This document shows positions 47,591 to 56,325 of a stretch of DNA of 64,000 nt, one piece after another. The position numbers and the translations under genes are program-made. Positions within the stretch are counted from its first letter, which is position 1. Each line of letters starts with the position of its first letter. This stretch comes from an uncultured Phascolarctobacterium sp. (lineage in GTDB: Bacteria > Bacillota > Negativicutes > Acidaminococcales > Acidaminococcaceae), in contig URGS01000004.1 of NCBI GenBank assembly GCA_900547415.1, positions 26,389 through 90,388 on the forward strand, written 5' to 3'. The notes under the pieces are model-generated. The model saw only the letters and a list, made by a program, of their open reading frames with translations. It was not told the DNA's origin and did no database searches.

Positions 47591-49201
47591 ATGCAGGAAT
47601 TATTAGACAAGATTGAAAAAAGACGTACATTTGCCATTATTTCTCACCCTGATGCAGGTAAAACAACTTTGACAGAAAAGCTTTTGCTTTATGGTGGAGC
47701 TATCCATCTAGCAGGCTCCGTAAAGGCGAGAAAGAGCAATAAGCATGCTGTTTCTGACTGGATGGAGATTGAAAAGCAGCGTGGTATTTCCGTTACCTCC
47801 TCTGTACTTCAATTTGATTATGATGGCTTCCGCGTAAATATTCTTGATACTCCTGGTCACCAGGACTTCTCCGAGGATACATATCGTACCCTGATGGCTG
47901 CAGACAGCGCAGTAATGCTAATTGATGCTGCTAAAGGTATTGAGCCCCAGACGAAAAAACTGTTCTGGGTTTGTCATCGCCGTCATTTACCTATTTTTAC
48001 CTTTGTTAATAAGCTGGACCGTTATGGACGTAATCCCTTTGACTTGATGGATGAGCTGGAAAAGATTTTAAATATCCGTGCGTATCCTGTAAACTGGCCT
48101 ATTGGTATTGATGGTCACTATAAGGGCGTTTATGATCGCCTTAACAATACTATTCAGCTTTTTGAAGAGGATGGCAGCCATGGCGCTAAGATTATGAAGT
48201 CCACTACAGGGTCTATTGATGATCCGAAAATCAGAGAGCTGCTTGGTGATGAGTTGTATGAAAACCTCTGCAATGACATTGAGCTGCTGGATATGGCTGG
48301 CGATGAATTTGACCTGGAGAAGGTTAATGCAGGTGAGCTTACTCCCATGTTCTTCGGTTCTGCTATGACCAACTTCGGTGTACAGCCCTTTTTGGAAAAA
48401 TTCCTGGAACTGTCTCCTAAGCCACAGCCTAGAGCATTGCAAGATGGTACAATGGTATCACCTGACAATGAAAAATTTTCTGCTTTTGTTTTTAAAATTC
48501 AGGCAAATATGAATCCTGCACATCGTGACCGTATCTCTTTTATGCGTATTTGCTCCGGTGTGTTTGAAAAGGGCATGAGCGTTTATCACAAACAGTCCAA
48601 TAAAATGGTTAAGCTGTCCCAACCGCAGCAGTTCTTGGCACAGGAGCGTACTATCGTTGAAAAAGCTTATCCAGGCGATATTATTGGTGTTTTTGATCCT
48701 GGTATCTTCGGTATCGGCGACTCTCTTAGTGATAACAGCATGAAGCTTCAGTTTGAGGATTTCCCGGTATTCCCGCCGGAAATCTTTGCTCGTGTTCAGC
48801 CTAAGGATTCCTTGAAGCGTAAACAATTTGAAAAAGGCATTATTCAGCTGTCTCAGGAAGGTGCTATCCAGGTGTTCAAGCAAGAAGGCGTTGGCCTGGA
48901 AAGCTTCATAGTTGGTGTAGTTGGTGTTCTGCAGCTTGAAGTACTAGAGTATCGACTCAATAGTGAGTATAGTGCTCAGCTGCTTATGAATCAGCTTCCT
49001 TATTCCGTTGCTCGTTGGGTTTATGCGGAGAAGAAGGAGCAGATTGAGAAAATAAAAGGATTGGACAATGGTATGCTGGTTTACGACAAAAAGAACCGCC
49101 CTGTTATCCTTGTAAACAATGAGTGGTCTCTCAATTGGATTCTTGAGCGTAATCCTGGCATCCAGTTCTTAACGGTGCCTGCAGATGTCGAAAAAATATG
49201 A
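47591..49201 (+). CDS. prfC: Peptide chain release factor 3
   Basis: 536 aa translational GTPase; AIISHPDAGKTTLTEKLL, DTPGHQDF, NKLD motifs. Confidence 0.95.
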   Translation: MQELLDKIEKRRTFAIISHPDAGKTTLTEKLLLYGGAIHLAGSVKARKSNKHAVSDWMEIEKQRGISVTSSVLQFDYDGFRVNILDTPGHQDFSEDTYRTLMAADSAVMLIDAAKGIEPQTKKLFWVCHRRHLPIFTFVNKLDRYGRNPFDLMDELEKILNIRAYPVNWPIGIDGHYKGVYDRLNNTIQLFEEDGSHGAKIMKSTTGSIDDPKIRELLGDELYENLCNDIELLDMAGDEFDLEKVNAGELTPMFFGSAMTNFGVQPFLEKFLELSPKPQPRALQDGTMVSPDNEKFSAFVFKIQANMNPAHRDRISFMRICSGVFEKGMSVYHKQSNKMVKLSQPQQFLAQERTIVEKAYPGDIIGVFDPGIFGIGDSLSDNSMKLQFEDFPVFPPEIFARVQPKDSLKRKQFEKGIIQLSQEGAIQVFKQEGVGLESFIVGVVGVLQLEVLEYRLNSEYSAQLLMNQLPYSVARWVYAEKKEQIEKIKGLDNGMLVYDKKNRPVILVNNEWSLNWILERNPGIQFLTVPADVEKI

Positions 49202-50855
49202 TTTAGAAAAAGAGCTTAGGACAACTCAATACAGAATTCCCGGTAAAAAGTTTACTCTTTCTCAGCAAATAGTTCTGCTGATTTCTTTGGTTGTTTGCAT
49301 TGCGCTTTTACCGGCGTCTATCTTTACTACTCAAAGGGTAGTAAAGGTTATTTATGACCGTGTCAGCATTAATGCAGTAAACATCAATAATATACTTTGT
49401 AATTCTATTGAGATTAAGGACGGTCTGCGTTCCTCCAATGTCTCACCAATGACGGCTGTTGATAAGATGATGGCCGATTATGTTAATGATGTGGACAGCT
49501 CTGATGAAGCTGGTGTAGCTATTTATGATAAGCAAAAGAATCTGCGTGTTCTGTATAATCCCGGGGGATTGAAGGATTTTGAAAACAGTGCCTTTGCTTT
49601 AGTTAATAAATATGCTGTATTCAGCAGAATTACCTGGAAAGAAAACTATGCCATTCCTAATAAAGCCTTCGGTTATGTTTATGACAATAATAACGAGGTA
49701 ATTGGCTATGTAGTAACAGGCTATTCTGACGATTTGCTTAGTGAATCAACATATGATGCTGTTTTCTTCCTGATTACTACAGCTCTAATAGGTCTTTTGG
49801 TTGGTATTCTTAGTGCCATTTATTTGGCCAGCCGTATTAAACGCGTTTTATTTGGCTATGAGCCTGAGGAAATTGCAGCTCTTTTGCAGGAACGCAATAT
49901 TCTGCTTAACTCAGTTCGTGAGGGCGTTATTAACGTTAATAGCAAAGGTGTTATTACCCTTGTTAATACAGAAGCTAAGCTGCTGCTGCAACAGGCTAAC
50001 GTTCCTAAGAGCGATAATCTGCGGGGCGAAAAGGCAAAAGATGTGCTTCATAAGGTAAACATCAGTGAAATTATCGAAGATGGTAAGACTCTTATTGATG
50101 CCAGCGCTAAAATCGGAGATACAGTATTTATTGTTACTGCTGTTCCGTTAAGAACTGAAAATCGTATTATCGGTGCAGTAATTACCTTCCGAAAAAAATC
50201 CGTAGTTGAAGAAATGGCTAATCAGCTGACAGGCTTCAAGAATTATGCAACCGCATTGCGTGCTCAAACTCATGAGTTTATGAATAAAATGCACGTTATC
50301 ATGGGCCTGATAGATATGAAGGCTTATGATGAGCTAAAGAATTTTACTCAGGAAATTGCCTACAATAGACAGTCTGAGGTTTCCTATATTGTTACACGTT
50401 TGCGTGATATTACTTTATCTGGCTTTATTCTTGGCAAGATTAGTCGCAGCCGTGAGCTGGATATTGATTTTACCCTGACAGAGGAAAGTGAGCTTCACAG
50501 CGAACTTGATGTTCCGTCAGTTCATGATATTGTTCTTATAGCAGGCAATATTATTGAAAACGCATTTGATGTTTTAAAGAACTATGATGGTGAGCGTATC
50601 GTAAATCTGTCCATTCTTGACTTTGATCGTGAAATCGTTATTGTAGTCGAGGATTCAGGTCCCGGTATGGATGAAGATACAAAAAATCATATGTTTGTAA
50701 GGGGATTTAGCAGTAAGGGAACTGGTAGAGGCTACGGACTTTACCTGGTAAAACAAAGTATAGATAATTTGGATGGAACTATTACAGTTGAATCCGCACC
50801 TGGTGAGGGTACTATATTTACAGTGCGTTTACCGATGAAAAAGGAGAGTGAATAA
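49185..50855 (+). CDS. DcuS/CitA-family sensor histidine kinase (2 TM, ~140-aa extracytoplasmic sensor domain, cytoplasmic PAS, HisKA/HATPase)
   Basis: 556 aa; TM helices at ~aa 28-48 and ~185-210; H-box LRAQTHEFMNKMHVI typical of DcuS/CitA/DctS kinases; ATP-lid GRGYGLYLV; start ATG 49185 lies 17 nt inside prfC. Confidence 0.8.
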   Translation: MSKKYDLEKELRTTQYRIPGKKFTLSQQIVLLISLVVCIALLPASIFTTQRVVKVIYDRVSINAVNINNILCNSIEIKDGLRSSNVSPMTAVDKMMADYVNDVDSSDEAGVAIYDKQKNLRVLYNPGGLKDFENSAFALVNKYAVFSRITWKENYAIPNKAFGYVYDNNNEVIGYVVTGYSDDLLSESTYDAVFFLITTALIGLLVGILSAIYLASRIKRVLFGYEPEEIAALLQERNILLNSVREGVINVNSKGVITLVNTEAKLLLQQANVPKSDNLRGEKAKDVLHKVNISEIIEDGKTLIDASAKIGDTVFIVTAVPLRTENRIIGAVITFRKKSVVEEMANQLTGFKNYATALRAQTHEFMNKMHVIMGLIDMKAYDELKNFTQEIAYNRQSEVSYIVTRLRDITLSGFILGKISRSRELDIDFTLTEESELHSELDVPSVHDIVLIAGNIIENAFDVLKNYDGERIVNLSILDFDREIVIVVEDSGPGMDEDTKNHMFVRGFSSKGTGRGYGLYLVKQSIDNLDGTITVESAPGEGTIFTVRLPMKKESE

Positions 50856-50856
50856 T

Positions 50857-51561
50857 ATGATCAATGTTTTAGTTGTTGAAGACGATCCTATGGTAGCCCA
50901 ATTACATGAACATTATCTGAGCCAGATTAAGGGCTTTGAGTTATGTGATATTGCTGGCAATGGCGATGAGGCTTTGGAGCTGCTGGCAGAAAACAGCTAT
51001 GATTTATTAATTCTTGATGTGTTTATGCCTAGCATGGACGGTTTGCAGCTTCTTGCAAAAATCCGTGAGGCTGGCTATGACGTAGACGTTATTATAGTGT
51101 CTGCTGCTAACGACAAGGATAAAATCAAGCTGGCATTACGTTTAGGCGCTGTAGATTATATTATTAAACCCTTTGAATTTGAACGCTTTAATCTGGCATT
51201 GAACAATTACCTGAAGCGTTACCATATTGTAGAGGACCAGAATGTTATTGTGCAATCTGATTTAGACAAGACTATTATCAGACAAGAAGAACAGGTTGTA
51301 GTAAGCCTTCCGAAGGGCTTGGATAAAAATACACTGGCTACTGTATGGGAATGCATCAAGGAGATTGATGGCATGTTTACCACAGAAGAGGTTGCCAGCA
51401 TGGTAGGAATTTCACGTGTTTCCATTCGTAAATATTTGGAATTTCTTAAAACTCTGCATCTTTTGAAGCTGGATTTACATCGCGGCTCTGTTGGCAGACC
51501 TGTATATAAATATCTGTGCCTTGATAAGCAAAGTGATGTTTTAAAGGCCTATATTCAATAA
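50857..51561 (+). CDS. CitB/DcuR-family response regulator (receiver + C-terminal HTH)
   Basis: ATG 50857 8 nt after AAGGAGAG; receiver domain INVLVVEDDPMV...LDVFMPSMDG; C-terminal LPKGLDKNTL HTH region characteristic of DcuR/CitB. Confidence 0.8.
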   Translation: MINVLVVEDDPMVAQLHEHYLSQIKGFELCDIAGNGDEALELLAENSYDLLILDVFMPSMDGLQLLAKIREAGYDVDVIIVSAANDKDKIKLALRLGAVDYIIKPFEFERFNLALNNYLKRYHIVEDQNVIVQSDLDKTIIRQEEQVVVSLPKGLDKNTLATVWECIKEIDGMFTTEEVASMVGISRVSIRKYLEFLKTLHLLKLDLHRGSVGRPVYKYLCLDKQSDVLKAYIQ

Positions 51562-51579
51562 TAGGCAGAAGGAATAAAA

Positions 51580-52308
51580 ATGATTGAACCTATAAAAATA
51601 CTTGGCATACCCGTACACCCATTTACAATGCAGGGCGCTGTAGATGAGCTGGAACAGCGTTTGTTAGATAAAAAACAAACCTTTGTTGTTACTGCCAATG
51701 CGGAAATTATTATGATGTGTCAGGATGATGCTGAGTATAGGCGCATTGTTGGCACTGATGCTGATTTAGTACTGGCTGATGGTGCTGGTGCTGTTTGGGC
51801 TGGCCGTCATTTAGGCCATAATGTGCCTGAACGTGTTGCAGGCTTTGATTTATATAACGAGCTTTTAAAGCTTGCTGCTCAAAAGGGGTATACTGCATAC
51901 TTTTTTGGAGGTTCCCCAGGCATTGCAGAAGCAGCAAAGGCTAAGGCAGAGGAGCTTTATCCAGGCGTTAAAGTCGTTGGCTGCCATAATGGTTACTTTA
52001 AGCAGGAGGATGTACCTGGGATTATTGAAGAAATAAATGCATCTGGTGCAGATATGCTTTTTGTAGCTTTGGGTGCTCCCAAGCAGGAGCATTGGATTTT
52101 AAACAACAAGGAAAAGCTTCAATCCTATATTCTGATGGGAATTGGCGGCAGCTTTGATGTATTGGCAGGGAAAATGGAGCGCGCACCTAAATGGATGCAG
52201 GATGCTTCTTTGGAATGGGCCTTTAGACTTTACAAGCAGCCTAGCCGTTTTATGCGTATGATGGCTTTGCCGAAATTTGTTTTGAAAGTTTTGTTTTCAG
52301 GAAAGTAG
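51580..52308 (+). CDS. tagA: WecB/TagA/CpsF family glycosyltransferase (N-acetylmannosaminyltransferase-like)
   Basis: 242 aa; family motif FVALGAPKQEHWI. Confidence 0.85.
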   Translation: MIEPIKILGIPVHPFTMQGAVDELEQRLLDKKQTFVVTANAEIIMMCQDDAEYRRIVGTDADLVLADGAGAVWAGRHLGHNVPERVAGFDLYNELLKLAAQKGYTAYFFGGSPGIAEAAKAKAEELYPGVKVVGCHNGYFKQEDVPGIIEEINASGADMLFVALGAPKQEHWILNNKEKLQSYILMGIGGSFDVLAGKMERAPKWMQDASLEWAFRLYKQPSRFMRMMALPKFVLKVLFSGK

Positions 52309-52441
52309 GCTATACTAGTTACGATTATCAAGACTATTTTAAACGACTATATCTTTACAGTAATTTTGCTTGACAGATAACTGTAAATTGTGTCAAAAAG
52401 CTTACGAAAAAATGGACAAAACATTGATGCTGTATTATAAT

Positions 52442-52470
52442 AATGTGATGGAATGGCATTCCATCACATT
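52442..52470. repeat. 29-nt perfect palindrome AATGTGATGGAATG-G-CATTCCATCACATT in psd promoter region (candidate operator or hairpin terminator)
   Basis: Read directly: 14-nt arms exactly reverse-complementary with single-nt centre, followed by TTTTCTATATTT; 59 nt upstream of psd ATG. Confidence 0.6.
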
Positions 52471-52528
52471 TTCTATATTTAGCAAAGTGTAGTTTCTAAA
52501 AATTTAGACAAAGGAAGCGAGGCTTTAT

Positions 52529-53158
52529 ATGTTTATTGTAAAAGAAGGTTATCCATATATTATAGTTTCTTTAATTTTAGCTGCTATTGTTTATTTCTTT
52601 TTTGGTGCTTATTGGGCAGTAATTCCTGTTGTTTTGGCAATCTATTTCGCATATTTCTTCCGTGACTTTAACCGTTCAATGCCATATGATCCTAATATTC
52701 TGTATTCTCCGGCTGATGGAACTGTTATGGGTGTGGAGGAGATTTACGACGAAGAATATCTCAATGAGCCTGCATTGAAGCTGACTATTTTCCTGTCTGT
52801 TTTTAATGTTCACGTAAACCGCAGTCCTATTGAAGGTGAAATTAAATACCAACGCTACACTTGTGGTCAATTCGTGCCTGCATATGCTAAAGAGGCGTCT
52901 TTTGAAAACGAACGTCATGCAATTGGTATGGATAATGGTCGTATGCGTGTTCTTGTAATTCAGGTTGCAGGTCTTTTAGCACGCCGTATTGTTTCTTGGG
53001 TTACTGTAGGTCATGACCTTAAACAAGGTGAACGCTATGGTATGATTAAATTTGGCTCTAGTACCGAACTGATTGTTCCAAAGAATGTTGAAATTACCGT
53101 TAAAAAGGGTGATACCGTTGTAGGTGGCATTACAGTTGTGGGAAGGGTGAAGCAATAA
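52529..53158 (+). CDS. psd: Phosphatidylserine decarboxylase (short archaeal/Firmicute-type proenzyme)
   Basis: 209 aa; PSD family motifs FLSVFNVHVNRSP and FGSST self-cleavage-site region. Confidence 0.85.
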   Translation: MFIVKEGYPYIIVSLILAAIVYFFFGAYWAVIPVVLAIYFAYFFRDFNRSMPYDPNILYSPADGTVMGVEEIYDEEYLNEPALKLTIFLSVFNVHVNRSPIEGEIKYQRYTCGQFVPAYAKEASFENERHAIGMDNGRMRVLVIQVAGLLARRIVSWVTVGHDLKQGERYGMIKFGSSTELIVPKNVEITVKKGDTVVGGITVVGRVKQ

Positions 53159-53841
53159 TGGATATACGTCGTCTTGTACCAAACAGCATTAGTTCCCTGA
53201 GCTTGATTTTTGGTCTTCTTTCTATATTTAAAACTGTTGAGGGCGATTTCTTTTACGCTCCTGTGTTTATTGTTTTAGCCGCAATTGCTGATTCTATGGA
53301 CGGTCGCGCTGCACGTGCACTAGGCGTTGGTGGTGGCGATTTTGGCAAGGAGGTTGATTCTCTTTGCGATATGTCATCTTTTGGTGTAGCTCCTGCTATC
53401 ATGATTTATTATTATGGTATGACTGAGCTTGGACTTGTAGGTCAGGTAATTGCTTCCTTCTTTGCAATTGGCGGCTGTATGCGTTTAGCACGCTTTAATG
53501 TTAATACCAGCACCGTTAAAGGCTATTTCCAAGGTATGCCTATTCCTGCAGGTGCTTGCGTACTAGCTTCCTATGTTGTTTCTGGCTATAGCTTTAGTCC
53601 TGAAATCGTAGCAGCTCTGACCTTTGCCATTGCTGTTATTATGTATAGTAATGTAAGATTCCCTGACTTTAAGGGTAAGGGCAATCCTATGTATGCTTTG
53701 CCGGTTGTTATTGCCGTAATTTTAGGTGCTGCCCTGCTTTACACTAACCCTGCAGGCTGGCCCTTTGCTGCAATGTTTACCTATACTGCTGCCGGCGTTA
53801 TAAATTATGTTTATCGCGCTGTGACTGGCAAGCATAAATAA
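53158..53841 (+). CDS. pssA: CDP-diacylglycerol--serine O-phosphatidyltransferase
   Basis: CDP-alcohol phosphatidyltransferase motif DGRAARALGVGGGDFGKEVDSLCD; TAATG overlap with psd. Confidence 0.85.
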   Translation: MDIRRLVPNSISSLSLIFGLLSIFKTVEGDFFYAPVFIVLAAIADSMDGRAARALGVGGGDFGKEVDSLCDMSSFGVAPAIMIYYYGMTELGLVGQVIASFFAIGGCMRLARFNVNTSTVKGYFQGMPIPAGACVLASYVVSGYSFSPEIVAALTFAIAVIMYSNVRFPDFKGKGNPMYALPVVIAVILGAALLYTNPAGWPFAAMFTYTAAGVINYVYRAVTGKHK

Positions 53842-53879
53842 AACGCCCAGTTGCAAATGGGGGAGTGAAGGAGATTTTT

Positions 53880-55160
53880 ATGCATACTATTTTTGATATA
53901 GTCATGATACCTTTGCAGCTTCTGATTATATTCTTTACACTGTATTATTTCTTTGTTTCCTGGTTTGGCCTTTTTGGCAAGAAAAAGGAAGTAAAAATTT
54001 ATAATGAAAGCAAGACCTTTGCTCTTATTGCCTGTGCTCATAATGAGCAGGCCGTAATTGCTCAGCTTGTTGATAACCTGCGTCGTTTGAACTACAATGA
54101 TGCTCTTTATGATATTTTTGTAGTAGCTGACAACTGTGACGATAATACAGCTCAGGTGGCAAGAGAAGCAGGTGCCCTTGTTCATGAACGCTTTAGTGAC
54201 GAAGGCAAAGGCAAGGGATTTGCCATGGCGTGGATGTTTGAACGTCTTTTCAAAATGGAGCGCAAATATGATGCTGTTTGTATTTTTGACGCAGATAATT
54301 TGGTGCATCCTGATTTCCTGCGTGAGATGAACAGTCGTCTTTGTAATGGTGAGCGAATCATCCAAGGCTATATTGACGCCAAGAATCCTACTGATACCTG
54401 GGTAAGTGGTGTTTTTGCAATTTCCTTCTGGATCGTTAACCATGTTTGGAGCTTAGCTAAATACAATATGGGTTTAAGCTGCTGCTTAGGCGGTACTGGT
54501 ATGTGCTTTGATACTGAGGTCTTAAAGCGTTATGGTTGGAGAGCTACCTGCCTTACTGAGGATATGGAGTTCACCATTCAGGCTATGATGGAAAATATCC
54601 CTACAACCTGGGCACATGATGCAATCATTTACGATGAAAAGCCTCTGACCTTTATGCAGTCTTGGAATCAGCGTAAACGTTGGTCTCAAGGTCACTTTGA
54701 TGTGGCGGACCGTTATCTTATTCCCATGATTAAAAAGGCCATTAAGGAGCGTAATATTGTAATGCTGGATTGCTCTGTCAATCTGATTCAGCCGTATTTC
54801 CTGATGGTTTCTACATTCTTTATTTTCTGCAGCTACATTTATAATTTTGTGCCTTTTTACACTAACATTATCTACAAGGTTATTCCTTTGGAGGTTTGGA
54901 CTCTTGTTGGTGTAGGCCAGTACATTTTCCCTGTAGCAGTGTTGTGGAAAATTCGTGCTTCCTTTAAGTCCTGGCTTTATCTGCTTTTGTATCCGATCTT
55001 TATTTACAGCTGGGTTCCTATTACAGCATTAGGCTGGTGGCACCGCAAGGAGCATGACTGGTGTCATACATTGCATACTCGTGGAATTAGCTTTGATGAT
55101 GTTGTAATTCCGGAAGATGCAGTTAATGATGGACCTAAAGAGGTTATATTCAAAAAATAA
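53880..55160 (+). CDS. Membrane-anchored family 2 glycosyltransferase
   Basis: Start ATG 53880 6 nt after GAAGGAG; GT-A fold with DXD-like (VVADNCDD, FDADN) and multiple C-terminal TM helices. Confidence 0.75.
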   Translation: MHTIFDIVMIPLQLLIIFFTLYYFFVSWFGLFGKKKEVKIYNESKTFALIACAHNEQAVIAQLVDNLRRLNYNDALYDIFVVADNCDDNTAQVAREAGALVHERFSDEGKGKGFAMAWMFERLFKMERKYDAVCIFDADNLVHPDFLREMNSRLCNGERIIQGYIDAKNPTDTWVSGVFAISFWIVNHVWSLAKYNMGLSCCLGGTGMCFDTEVLKRYGWRATCLTEDMEFTIQAMMENIPTTWAHDAIIYDEKPLTFMQSWNQRKRWSQGHFDVADRYLIPMIKKAIKERNIVMLDCSVNLIQPYFLMVSTFFIFCSYIYNFVPFYTNIIYKVIPLEVWTLVGVGQYIFPVAVLWKIRASFKSWLYLLLYPIFIYSWVPITALGWWHRKEHDWCHTLHTRGISFDDVVIPEDAVNDGPKEVIFKK

Positions 55161-55172
55161 TTAATTATTATT

Positions 55173-55206
55173 AAGAGACTGTTCTAATTAGAGCAGTCTC
55201 TTTTCG
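55173..55206 (+). terminator. Intrinsic terminator after GT2 gene
   Basis: AAGAGACTGTTC-taatta-GAGCAGTCTCTT followed by TTCG/T-rich. Confidence 0.7.
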
Positions 55207-55407
55207 TATATATGGGGTTAAACACTTTATTTTGAAGCTGAAATATGCTAAAATTATTATGTATAATTGGTTTTATTTTTAAGTATTTTGACCATAATAA
55301 AAGCTAGAGCTATAGCCACAATTGGACAAAAACTTTGAGTAAACTTAATATTGCTTATAAGGTTAAAGTATTCTTCAGAGAATTTTATAATAATAGGAGG
55401 TTTGATT

Positions 55408-56208
55408 ATGCGTAAAATAGCGATTATTGGTGGTACTGGTTTTGGTAACCCCGAGGTTTTAGGTGTAAAATTTGAAAAACAGATTGTGCATACTCCCTAC
55501 GGTGATGCTCTTTGCCATATAGGTGAAATGGCTGGCAATCAGGTTGTATTTATTACTCGTCATGGTTTAGGCCATAAGATTGCACCTCACAAGGTAAACT
55601 TCCGTGCTAACATTTGGGCATTGAAAAGTTTAGGAACAGAGGAAATCTTTACTACTACTGCAGTAGGTTCTCTAAATCCTGAAATGACAGCTGGTCATTT
55701 TGTTGTATGCGATAATGTTCTGGATTTTACTAAAAGCCGCATTAATACCTTCTATGATACTCCGGAGCGTGGTGTTGTACATGCAGATTTTACTAATCCC
55801 TACTGTCCTGTTATGCGTCAGCGTGTAATTAACTGTCTGAAGCAAACAGATATTCCTCTCCACGAGCATGGCGTGTATGTTGCTACTGAAGGCCCTCGTT
55901 TTGAGTCTGCTGCGGAAATTAAGGCCTACAGATTAATGGGTGGCGATTTGGTTGGTATGACCGGTATGCCTGAAGCTATCTTGGCTAGAGAAGCAGAAAT
56001 GTGCTACTGCACTTGCTCCATTGTAACTAATATGGCTGCTGGTATTTCCAAGACACCGCTTTCTCATGCAGAGGTAGTTGAAGCAATGACTAAAAGCATC
56101 AGCAATATGGAAAAACTGATTGCTGCTTTCATTACCAATAACGAAGAAATTGAAGCAGGCTGTGGCTGTCATTCTGCTCTGAAGGAGTTTGGTGGCTTTA
56201 AGCTCTAA
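55408..56208 (+). CDS. mtnP: S-methyl-5'-thioadenosine (or 5'-methylthioinosine) phosphorylase, PNP/MTAP family
   Basis: ATG 55408 after TAGGAGG; N-terminal IAIIGGTGFG P-binding motif of MTAP/PNP family. Confidence 0.8.
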   Translation: MRKIAIIGGTGFGNPEVLGVKFEKQIVHTPYGDALCHIGEMAGNQVVFITRHGLGHKIAPHKVNFRANIWALKSLGTEEIFTTTAVGSLNPEMTAGHFVVCDNVLDFTKSRINTFYDTPERGVVHADFTNPYCPVMRQRVINCLKQTDIPLHEHGVYVATEGPRFESAAEIKAYRLMGGDLVGMTGMPEAILAREAEMCYCTCSIVTNMAAGISKTPLSHAEVVEAMTKSISNMEKLIAAFITNNEEIEAGCGCHSALKEFGGFKL

Positions 56209-56325
56209 TCACTGGGGTAAAAATAGTTCTTTAATATAGTAAGCACAAGGCTTGGTGGGACTTTACGTATCACATATGAGATGTAGGCAGTTATCATCCT
56301 CGTGCTTATTTAAGGAAGTGAAACA

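Noticed and set aside
47032-47637. 201-aa minus-strand ORF overlapping the 185-aa zinc-ribbon gene
   Set aside because: The plus-strand ORF has a GGGAGG RBS and a structured Cys-ribbon/acidic composition. The minus-strand translation is hydrophobic low-complexity with no start context, so I kept only the plus-strand gene.
52442-52470. CRP/FNR-type site (TGTGA...TCACA) within the 29-nt palindrome
   Set aside because: The TGTGA and TCACA pentamers are separated by 15 nt rather than the 6 nt required for CRP-family sites, so a different regulator or a hairpin is more plausible.
55161-55407. SAM-I (S-box) riboswitch before mtnP
   Set aside because: The AT-rich 247-nt region shows none of the conserved S-box helices or the kink-turn/GA motif, and there is no terminator/antiterminator pair.
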